Part shown: one piece after another, positions 55,800 through 64,000 of the stretch
Layout of the letters: each line of letters begins with the position of its first letter
How positions within the stretch are numbered: the stretch's first letter is position 1
Source of the DNA: Eukaryota sp. GEM-RC1
Lineage: Eukaryota
Assembly (NCBI GenBank): GCA_040285855.1
Contig: JAUFOQ010000016.1
Location: 3,224,001 to 3,288,000 of the forward strand
Direction: 5' to 3'
Length of the DNA: 64,000 nt
Notes under the pieces: generated by a model
Told to the model about the DNA's origin: nothing
Database searches by the model: none
Seen by the model: the letters and a program-made list of their open reading frames with translations, nothing else
Program-made: the position numbers and the translations under genes

Positions 55800-56570
55800 T
55801 TATTTGAACTCAGAAAGGGGGTTCAACAAACGCTTGGGACCTGGATACGAGTCATTTGCATGAGACAGGAAGTGAATTTCGTGTTTGACCTTAGAAGGAC
55901 AAACGCGAGCTAAATAGCCATTCTGATGGCACTTAAAACAAGTACCATTAGCCAGATTGCGAGATCTATCTGAAGAACGAGACTTCGTGCCTACTTGACG
56001 GGAGGGATCGCAGTTTTCGGCAGGAATCCTTGTAGACTTATTCCATGAGGCTACTCTGGAACAATCAAGCAACTCATCCGTTGCAGTATCTACTAAGGTA
56101 GAGAAGTCAGGGAAGACCTCATCGCGGATCCGAGCTATCAACGATTTTTGCAAGCCCATGGGAAGGATCCCCTTGGCAAATCGTGTCATAAAAGCTGAGT
56201 CAGGCAACTTCAGTCCGGAAGCCCGGCTTTTCGCCTGAAGGAAACGCCTCAGGTAGCCTGACATTCGTTCACGGACATCGCCTTCTCGGACATCAACTCT
56301 AATCTCAGATATTGCAGAGTGGAATTCCTCGTAAGTCGAGAACGAGGTGGTGGATCTCAGGTGATCCAAGAAAACCTCTTCAGAGGCATCAACCCCAGGC
56401 TTAGTAAGAATCAAAGACTCTAGTAAGAAGGGGTCGACGAGGAGCCTTGGCGGAACAAGGTCCTTTTTCGGGGTGACGGAAGAGTACAATTTCCACTGTT
56501 GTAGGAACAGGAGTACATCTTCTACTTTCATGGAAGAAAGTGAGGGGAGAACTACGCGGGTTGAAAACAT
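55800..56570 (-). CDS. Gag-like protein (256 aa) with a degenerate zinc knuckle
   Basis: Open frame between the LTRs. It has RFAKGI..LQKSL..FSTLVDTA (capsid C-terminal-like) and CFKCHQNGYLARVCP (CCHC with H->Y). Confidence 0.8.
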   Translation of the reverse strand: MFSTRVVLPSLSSMKVEDVLLFLQQWKLYSSVTPKKDLVPPRLLVDPFLLESLILTKPGVDASEEVFLDHLRSTTSFSTYEEFHSAISEIRVDVREGDVRERMSGYLRRFLQAKSRASGLKLPDSAFMTRFAKGILPMGLQKSLIARIRDEVFPDFSTLVDTATDELLDCSRVASWNKSTRIPAENCDPSRQVGTKSRSSDRSRNLANGTCFKCHQNGYLARVCPSKVKHEIHFLSHANDSYPGPKRLLNPLSEFK

Positions 56571-56593
56571 CTGCAGTGAGGGCCAATAATTAT

Positions 56594-56722
56594 TGTTGCC
56601 GTAAGGTCAACGTTGATACAAATGGAAAGAAGAAGTCTTTATTGTTGCTAGAGATCCTTAAGAATAGATGCCACGTCATCAGAGGTGAAGATATCTACTA
56701 GGTATCGTTATCTTCACTAACA
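56594..56722 (-). repeat. 5' LTR (129 bp)
   Basis: Direct repeat of 55633-55761. On the minus strand it is followed by ataattat-TGGCCCTCACTGCAG (candidate PBS). Confidence 0.93.
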
Positions 56723-57790
56723 AAACCTAAACGAAGTCTCATGCTAACAAGCCATTCATGATCTTTTAGATTAAAAATAAATTTCCCTGGCAATTGAGTA
56801 ATGAAAGTAGATGCTGAATCACTACTCATGTCTTGTAAAAATGCACAGAAAGCGGGACTTTTAACTTTAGCCAAGCTAATGCAGTTAGTATAGTCCAAGC
56901 TCTCATGAAAAGATACAAATTTCTTCTGAAATTTTCTAACACCAAGAGGAAGGGAAAAAAGCGTACGTTGAGGTGTTTCCGTCACAGATGCAGGGAACAA
57001 GGATTCCCAAACATCAGGGTTCATACCATCTACAAGATTTTGAAGTGATATAAGCCATTGACAAGGCGAATATCGAATGAGATCTTCATTAGACCAAAGT
57101 AAGGGATAACGTAACTTAAATTCATACAGCAGATTCTTCAAACATCCTAAAAAGGCACCTTCACGCATATAACGAGCTTTGGAAAACCAATTCCACCAAA
57201 TCTCACAGCAGCAAATGAATGACGATGAATGGAAAGTTTTTTCGACTCTACCAGCTCTGACAAAAACTCTGTTCTCAGAGCGTTAAAACGACGAGAAAGG
57301 TCTACCGTAAGCTCAGGAGATAACCCACGTAAAAAATGATTGACTTTACCTGCAAAACAAACTTGCGATGTTTGCAAAAAAAGGGCATTTAAGGATGCTA
57401 ACAATGTGTCTCCACTTGATTTTTCAGAACAATACAAGAGAAACAAATATGATGTTCCCTTGACTACTCTCAAACATTCTAGACATGTTGAGTACGAATT
57501 ATGTCCTTTGCCATTTCGATTTATGGTCGACTTGGTAAAGAAGCTCTTTGTTTTCTCTGATGTTGAGATAGTTGTAAAAAAAGAACATCTAGATTGAAGA
57601 GGTTTCCTTTATTGCATTTTTTGAGACTATACGAGCATTTTCTGCAGAAGCTGACACTTTGAATGAAGAGATTGGTTTAAATCTAAATATTGAAAAGTGT
57701 TTCGTTATAGGAAAAGAACCTAATTTATTAACAATTCGTTCAATTGAAGTACCTTTTATTAATTATCTTTCTGATTTCTTGATTGTTTTT

Positions 57791-58277
57791 GGGGTCGGGT
57801 AAATACAACACGTAAATACACCATCTCAGATTCTCTTCGATCCTACATTGTGTTTATGATACATGGAGTTATACTCTACACAGTTGTACAAGTGCTACAA
57901 CAAGTAAGTGATCTGATGGAGATATTCAGTACACGTTCGTGGACCTCCATTCAGTTATATTCAAGGGACTATTTAGAATGAAAAACGACCAGCATAGATG
58001 CTCTTCTTATGTAAGGGAAGACTTCATTCACTTGTAATCATAGTGTTCTTAGTTTGTTGAACAAGAAGGCTCCTAGGCAGGAGGTACGACTCAAAATAAT
58101 TTCCGAACATTTTGTTAAACAAAGAGGAGTGTGATCAGATGAAGCAAAACAACGCTCTTTGAACTCATTTTATAGACCACATCATTAGAACATCACTATT
58201 ATGTTGACGAAGATAGGTACAAACTGCATTGAAGTAAATGGGGATGGTGTATTTAGGTGGTGTATTTACCCGCCCCC
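57791..58277. mobile_element. GGG-terminal MITE, copy 4
   Basis: Same TIRs and TSD. Confidence 0.87.
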
Positions 58278-59160
58278 TTGTTTTTTTTTGGTAAAAAGGA
58301 GAATATTGTCAAAAATCTTGATGATTATCTGATTTAGATTCAACAAGAGTGGGATAAAATGAACGTTCTTGAAATTAGAGAGAATTATTTATTCTAAAAG
58401 TAATAGACAACAACACTACAGTGTAAGTTCTTGAAATTAAAAACACTTAACGTTCTTCATGCTCTAAATTTGCTATTCTGGTTTTAATCAATTTGAAGGA
58501 CAGATGTTCAGTTGCTTTGATTAACCAAATTCGACAGATTTATGAATTGTTGTCCAAAGATCTTCAATGGATCACAACATTTTAGGACTTGTATTCATGA
58601 TGCTGTCATAGATCAAATTCGTGCAATGTGTAAGTCCCACAAAATCGAATCTTTGAAATCAATAATTAAAAAATAGTGATTCTGATAAAAGTTTTGGTAG
58701 AGAACGGCTGACGTCATGGTTCCATCGGTCAATGATGAACTAACGGCTGATGATGTGATTACTGTGGATGTTTGCAAAAAAAGGGCATTTAAGGATGCTA
58801 ACAATGTGTCTCCACTTGATTTTTCAGAACAATACAAGAGAAACAAATATCATGTTCCCTTGACTACTCTCAAACATTCTAGACATGTTGAGTACGAATT
58901 ATGTCCTTTGCCATTTCAATTTATGGTCGACTTGGTAAAGAAGCTCTTTGTTTTCTCTGATGTTGAGATAGTTGTAAAAAAAGAATGAACAAGAAATTTG
59001 ACTTTAAGTTTTGCTTGACTTGTATTGTTCATCAAAGGATTTGGCTTACATCTAGATTGAAGACGTTTCCTTTATTGCACCTTTTGAGACTATACGAGCA
59101 ATTTCTGCAGAAGCTGCCACTTTGAATGAAGAGATTGGTTTAAATCTAAATATTGAAAAG

Positions 59161-60412
59161 AACGGATTTATGTGCGGAGAAAAACACATAATAAGATACA
59201 AATAAATAAACACTATTAAAACAAATTATCAAACGAACTACCTAATTCCGAAAAGTAGTTGCCTCCAAACAACTTGGACAAAATGGAATCAACATATCTA
59301 TACATAGACTTAAAAATCGAACCGAAATTTCCAATGAAACTGCAAAAGGCTGAAAGACGATATTATTGTGTCTTCGTGAATTCAATGCAGCAACTTGATG
59401 TCCGTACTTAGACACTTTGGCGTTCTCAGCGTCTTTCAGCGGAATATTTGAGGGATTCAAAATGTTGGCAATTGCAAGGATCAACAGTCGTAAAATCAAC
59501 AACAATTTCTTGGCATGACAACCAAGGGCCAATAAAATCACCACGTTTCTGAGTAGAATCAGGGTGATCTGAGAGATGAGAAAGTAATGGTTCGACTTTG
59601 CCATGGAAACCATTCGCCTTAAACATTTCCAAACATGTATCTCGAAGACTGTTGTGCAAAATTGAACGACAATATATGAACTTTGAACAATTGACCAAAT
59701 GATGAAAGCTAGCCTTATGTTTGTTTTTACAGATACACGTGCTGTTCTGTAACAAACCAAATGGCCAAAAACCTAAACGAAGTCTCATGCTAACAAGCCA
59801 TTCATGATCTTTTAGATTAAAAATAAATCTCCCTGGCAATTGAGTAATGAAAGTAGATGCTGAATCACTACTCATGTCTTGTAAAAATGCACAGAAAGCG
59901 GGACTTTTAACTTTAGCCAAGCTAATGCAGTTAGTATAGTCCAAGCTCTCATGAAAAGATACAAATTTCTTCTGAAATTTTCTAACACCAAGAGGAAGGG
60001 AAAAAAGCGTACGTTGAGGTGTTTCCGTCACAGATGCAGGGAACAAGGATTCCCAAACATCAGGGTTCATACCATCTACAAGATTTTGAAGTGATATAAG
60101 CCATTGACAAGGCGAATATCGAATGAGATCTTCATTAGACCAAAGTAAGGGATAACGTAACTTAAATTCATACAGCAGATTCTTCAAACATCCTAAAAAG
60201 GCACCTTCACGCATATAACGAGCTTTGGAAAACCAATTCCACCAAATCTCACAGCAGCAAATGAATGACGATGAATGGAAAGTTTTTTCGACTCTACCAG
60301 CTCTGACAAAAACTCTGTTCTCAGAGCGTTAAAACGACGAGAAAGGTCTACCGTAAGCTCAGGAGGTAACCCACGTAAAAAATGATTGACTTTACCTGCA
60401 AAACAAACTTGC
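59161..60412 (-). mobile_element. 5'-truncated antisense family B copy
   Basis: Same junctions, with an extra deletion of about 11 bp near 59470. Confidence 0.9.
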
Positions 60413-60837
60413 AGTGTTTGCAAAAAAAGGGCTTTTAAGGATGCTAACAATGTGTCTCCACTTGATTTTTCAGAACAATACAAGAGAAACAAATATGATG
60501 TTCCCTTGACTACTCTCAAACATTCTAGACATGTTGAGTACGAATTATGTCCTATTGCCATTTTAATTTATGGTCGACTTGGTAAAGAAGCTCTTTGTTT
60601 TCTCTGATGTTGAGATAGTTGTAAAAAAAGAACATCTAGATTGAAGAGGTTTCCTTTATTGCACCTTTTGAGACTATACGAGCATTTTCTGCAGAAGCTG
60701 ACACTTTGAATGAAGAGATTGGTTTAAATCTAAATATTGAAAAGTGTTTCGTTATAGGAAAAGAACCTAATTTATTAACAATTCGTTCAATTGAAGTACC
60801 TTTTATTAATTATCTTCCTGATTTCTTGATTGTTTTT

Positions 60838-61004
60838 GGGGTCGGGTAAATACAACACGTAAATACACCATCTCAGATTCTCTTCGATCCTACATTGTGT
60901 TTATGATACATGGAGTTATACTCTACACAGTTGTACAAGTGCTACAACAAGTAAGTGATCTGATGGAGATATTCAGTACACGTTCGTGGACCTCCATTCA
61001 GTTA
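60838..61004. mobile_element. GGG-terminal MITE, copy 5 (left part only, interrupted at TA 61003-61004)
   Basis: Matches the first 167 bp of the other copies. Confidence 0.85.
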
Positions 61005-61435
61005 TCGTAGGTGTCCCAATACAAGCAAGGTTCCAATACAGGCAAGGTCCCAATACAAGCAAGTAAAAGTGTTTGCTTGTATTATTCTATTGTATTCTGG
61101 ATTTTGAGCGAGTTATACTTCAATACAAAGCTATTAAAATGAATTACAACGTATGGAGCTGTGAACGAACTTCATAGTGTCCACTTGGGTGCTTACGTGT
61201 TATTGCGGATTTTTGCCCGAAGAACTCGATGGAGTTATTTAATTGATTGACATTTGTAAAATCAGAAGCACAAAAGGGCGTATCAAAATCCAATTGGAAA
61301 CAATATGCAATAGAATCCCTGTCAATAGAACTTTGCTCCTATACAGACAAATATTGTGTACTTGTAGAACAAATTAAATTACTGTTATTGAAGCTTGTGT
61401 CAAATAAATGTATTGTTATAAATTTTTGTTCTGTT
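61005..61435. mobile_element. Left end of the TA-flanked TIR element, with 17-bp subterminal repeats
   Basis: TA|tcgtaggtgtcccaatacaagcaa, three units resembling gtcccaatacaagcaag, then an inverted ttgcttgtatt. The inner boundary is approximate. Confidence 0.72.
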
Positions 61436-61439
61436 TAGA

Positions 61440-61872
61440 GAAGAGATGTTTATTCGGCACCCAATAAGGTAACCGTCCTACAAACTATGAAATTGTAAAA
61501 ACAAACAAATAATACTAAGATTAAATCCAAACGACTTCATCACCACCCGGTAAAAGATTACGTTTATCAACATTAACCTTCACACCAAACTTGTACAATT
61601 TCTCAATTAATCTAGAGAAATAGAAAGGCATATTCCGATATATGGAAAACACTATACGGTTTTTCCATTCAGCCATTCTAAACTTACACTTCTTTTCTTT
61701 ACACAATTCTTCGAAATCCTTGAAAAATTGATCACCAGCAGGACTAATAGATCCAAAAGAGAAACAGCAAAAGGTTGAAACACAAATTTGGAATATGAGT
61801 TTCTATTTAATTCTTCTACTTGAGAGTCATACTTGGAGTGTTTGAGCTTTTCAGCTGTTGTTAATGGATTAA
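61440..61872 (-). mobile_element. 3' part of a fourth CRE-like family (D), interrupted by MULE2
   Basis: The minus strand reads LNPLTTAEKLKHSKYDSQVEELNRNSYSKFVFQPFAVSLFGSISPAGDQFFKDFEELCKEKKCKFRMAEWKNRIVFSIYR...* (stop 61521-61523), then a UTR with AATAAA at 61454-61449. Confidence 0.85.
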
Positions 61873-64000
61873 GGGATAACTACAAAATCCACCTAAGTAC
61901 AATAAGTTTAATCAAAATCCACCCCAATTGTTTTCACCTTTTTTTGCTTCCAAAAACCACCTTCTTGTAGTCTTCTTCTTCTTCATGACAGTTGGTTTAA
62001 ATCTTAATAAACTCAAGTCCAATGAAGTGATTTCCATCGAAGTGAATCAGACTTATGAATCACGGTGTCATATGCTTCAAATCCTCCATCAATATGCCAT
62101 CCAAGAAAACAAAGACTTTGTTCTGGCGAACAACAACAACAAAACTCGCTTCAAAATTGGGTGTGTAGATCCTAACTGTCCCTTTTTACTGAAAGCGATT
62201 TCTTCTGCAGGAACAGAACCATGGGTAGTGACTTCCTTTAATGCACACAACTCTCCCTGTGAAGCTAAAATTAAGACCTCTGTTCCTCCTAAAGTAGCTG
62301 CCTTAATACTGAAGGAAGAATTTAGACACTCTGGAATAGTCTCTCCTACTAGAATGCAAAGAATGTCGGAAATGCCTGTGACCCAGAACGCGTGTTCTAG
62401 AATGATTAAAGAAGCTCAATTATTGCTATATGGTGATAAGCAACACTCTTACAGTCTCTTGCCAAGGTATTTCCGTCTTCTGAAGGATAAGATGCCAGGT
62501 ACGGTGACTGTCATCGAGTCCGGAGATGATGGTGAATTTAGTAGATGTTTTCTTGCTTTTGAAGCATCCATCCAAGGATTTCAGTATTGTAAGCCTGTAA
62601 TTGGTTTGGATGGATGTCACATCAAGAGCCAATATCTCGGTGTTATGCTTATTGCAGTTGCAATTGATGCGAATGGCCACACGTTTCCGCTTGCATTTTC
62701 TGTTGTGGACACCGAAAGCACAGATACATGGACCTGGTTTCTTGACAACTTAAGACAAGTGTATGATTTATCTGATGTAACTATCATTTCTGATAGACAG
62801 AAAGGTTTGATCAACGCTACCCGAAATGTTCTATCAGATATTCCTCATGCATTTTGTGTGAAGCATTTAGCCGACAACGCTAATGGAAGAGGCTCGAAAA
62901 CGGCTAGACCATTCATCTTTCGTTTGGCAAAAGCTAAAAATGTTGCACAGTATGAAAACATCATGACAGAAATGGCAACAGTGTCGCAATCAGCCGCTGA
63001 TTACATCAATCGAACTGCCAATCCGGAAAATTGGGTAGAATTCATGTTCCCAGGAAACAGATGGGGCCATACCACAAGCAACGTGGTAGAATCAGTGAAT
63101 GCTGCTATTAACGAAGCACGCCAACAACCGATTGTACAAATGTTCGAAACTATTCGTGCTATGCTTGCAAGATGGTTTGTTACAAGAAGAAAGGAAGCTC
63201 GAGAAATCGCATTCCCTCTAGTACCAAGAGCATCTAAGATCTTGGAAGAAAGATTGTTGCTTGTACGAAATCTGCGTCATGTCGAAGTAGATATCAATGA
63301 ATATGAAGTTTATGATGAAGGAAGGGTATTCAACGTGAATGTGGAGGACAAAAGCTGTACGTGTTGTGATGCTAAGGAAGGAATCCCATGTTCGCATCTG
63401 CTATTGCTACTTTCTGCTACTGGTTCAAGAGGGATCGAGTACTGTGCTAATCAACACACCACGTTGTTTTATTTCCGAACGTATGAAGGGAGAATTCTCT
63501 CAGTTGATGATGTACAACTTCGTCATTACTTGCTTGATGATGATGTAGAAGGAATTGTGTCTGGTCCACCTATTGCAAAGCCAAGAGTTGGTAGACCGAA
63601 GATTGTACGGATGAAGAAAAAAGCCGAACCATCTGCTGGAAAACCTCGCAAAGATCACAGGTCTTCTGATGAGCCTCCACTAAAACGAACATATACATGT
63701 GGTAAATGTGGAGGAAAAGGTCATAGCAAGAGATCTTGTACTAGTAACTAAATAAATGTACCTGTAGTTTATATTTCAATCTGTAAGAAACTAAAGGTAT
63801 GTAAAAGAGGATACAACATGAAGTACTGTTGGGGAAGAAGAAACGGTGTATGAAATGGAATAAAGTGGAGCAATCACATCATACGTCATCAGCTCATTTG
63901 TGGTTTTTCAACATAGAGTTGAGATAATGTGGATTTTGAATTTTTTTCTTGAATCTTGGTGGATTTTGATTAAAAATATAGAACTTGGTGGATTTTGGTG
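61873..64000 (+). mobile_element. Mutator/MULE DNA transposon 2 (right terminus beyond the window)
   Basis: Left end GGGATAACTACAAAATCCACC. caaaatccacc units at 61883 and 61913 are mirrored by ggtggattttg-type units at about 63928, 63958 and 63987. Confidence 0.85.
61985..63751 (+). CDS. Intact MULE transposase (about 588 aa from the first ATG)
   Basis: MuDR-type N-terminus (C..PNCPF), VIGLDGCHI, IISDRQKGL, FCVKHL, TSNVVESVN, SWIM CTCC..GIPCSH and C-terminal knuckle CGKCGGKGHSKRSC. No stops. Confidence 0.92.
   Translation: MTVGLNLNKLKSNEVISIEVNQTYESRCHMLQILHQYAIQENKDFVLANNNNKTRFKIGCVDPNCPFLLKAISSAGTEPWVVTSFNAHNSPCEAKIKTSVPPKVAALILKEEFRHSGIVSPTRMQRMSEMPVTQNACSRMIKEAQLLLYGDKQHSYSLLPRYFRLLKDKMPGTVTVIESGDDGEFSRCFLAFEASIQGFQYCKPVIGLDGCHIKSQYLGVMLIAVAIDANGHTFPLAFSVVDTESTDTWTWFLDNLRQVYDLSDVTIISDRQKGLINATRNVLSDIPHAFCVKHLADNANGRGSKTARPFIFRLAKAKNVAQYENIMTEMATVSQSAADYINRTANPENWVEFMFPGNRWGHTTSNVVESVNAAINEARQQPIVQMFETIRAMLARWFVTRRKEAREIAFPLVPRASKILEERLLLVRNLRHVEVDINEYEVYDEGRVFNVNVEDKSCTCCDAKEGIPCSHLLLLLSATGSRGIEYCANQHTTLFYFRTYEGRILSVDDVQLRHYLLDDDVEGIVSGPPIAKPRVGRPKIVRMKKKAEPSAGKPRKDHRSSDEPPLKRTYTCGKCGGKGHSKRSCTSN

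Larger units (their letters stand above)
55633..56722 (-). mobile_element. Small gag-only LTR retroelement (1.09 kb, TRIM/TR-GAG-like)
   Basis: Two 129-bp TG...CA LTRs differing at one base. TSD aaac (4 bp as assembled). Purine-rich tract aaaagaaatgggaaaatgtag before the 3' LTR on the minus strand. No pol. Confidence 0.92.
55010..57366 (-). mobile_element. 5'-truncated antisense family B copy interrupted by an LTR element
   Basis: Same junctions. It is split at 55632/56723. Confidence 0.9.
1..60837 (+). repeat. Tandem satellite array, monomer about 0.85-0.96 kb, derived from an internally deleted CRE-like non-LTR retrotransposon and interrupted by many TE insertions
   Basis: The same unit recurs head-to-tail (ggcttacatctagattg near 291, 3358, 4268, 8288, 9194 and onward). 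The unit is collinear with element A: VSFIAP..IGLNLNIEKCF, KHLKFFML*ICYSG, LKD..SVALINQI, RTCIHDAV.DQI..MCKS.KIES, ADV.VPSVNDELT.VD.ITVDVCK, SEQYKRNKYD, CPFAISIYGRLG. Its reading frames carry stops and frameshifts. Confidence 0.95.
48489..61004 (+). repeat. Higher-order repeat of about 3.06 kb (partial monomers + antisense B + MITE + 50-bp insert), 4 units, the third expanded by the LTR element
   Basis: Antisense B starts at 48895, 51951, 55010 and 59161 (offsets 3056, 3059, and 4151 = about 3057 + 1094). Confidence 0.88.

Noticed and set aside
1..60837. Dozens of 60-100 aa ORFs repeated through the satellite (e.g. MQKRAFKDANNEVSP..., MNEEIGLNLNIEK...) as a tandem gene family
   Set aside because: They are broken fragments of the ancestral RT/RLE frame, mostly with non-ATG starts, and their stops and frameshifts vary from monomer to monomer.
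1..64000. CRISPR-like repeat-spacer array or prokaryotic RT system (retron, DGR, group II intron)
   Set aside because: Repeats are about 0.9 kb, the inserts are TEs with their own TSDs at varied positions, and no cas or accessory genes are present. The RT motifs with C-terminal CCHC-RLE are non-LTR type, and MULE, hAT and gag indicate a eukaryote.

Overview
AT-rich eukaryotic repeat locus in the standard genetic code, with no host gene, RNA gene or CRISPR array recognisable. The backbone from 1 to about 60.8 kb is a head-to-tail tandem satellite (monomer about 0.85-0.96 kb, roughly 30-35 monomers by eye). The monomer is an internally deleted, non-coding relic of a CRE-like (restriction-like endonuclease, RLE) non-LTR retrotransposon. 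It keeps RT domains 5-7 and most of the endonuclease region but lacks both element ends. At least four CRE-like families are inserted into it or nested inside other insertions: A (5'-truncated, sister of the satellite's ancestor), B (near full-length 3.12 kb x4 plus antisense truncated copies x8), C (243-bp 3' end x4) and D (fragments). Also present are two tiny 3'-end retro-insertions, two Mutator/MULE transposons, one hAT transposon, a 1.09-kb gag-only LTR element, a GGG-terminal MITE and a TA-flanked TIR element. Most insertions have readable target-site duplications (TSDs). Satellite plus insertions were then re-amplified as higher-order repeats of about 4.92, 8.13, 1.74, 0.86, 3.52 and 3.06 kb. 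Many frameshifts fall in homopolymers and differ between near-identical copies, so some are probably sequencing errors. All family assignments come from motifs read by eye, with no database searches.
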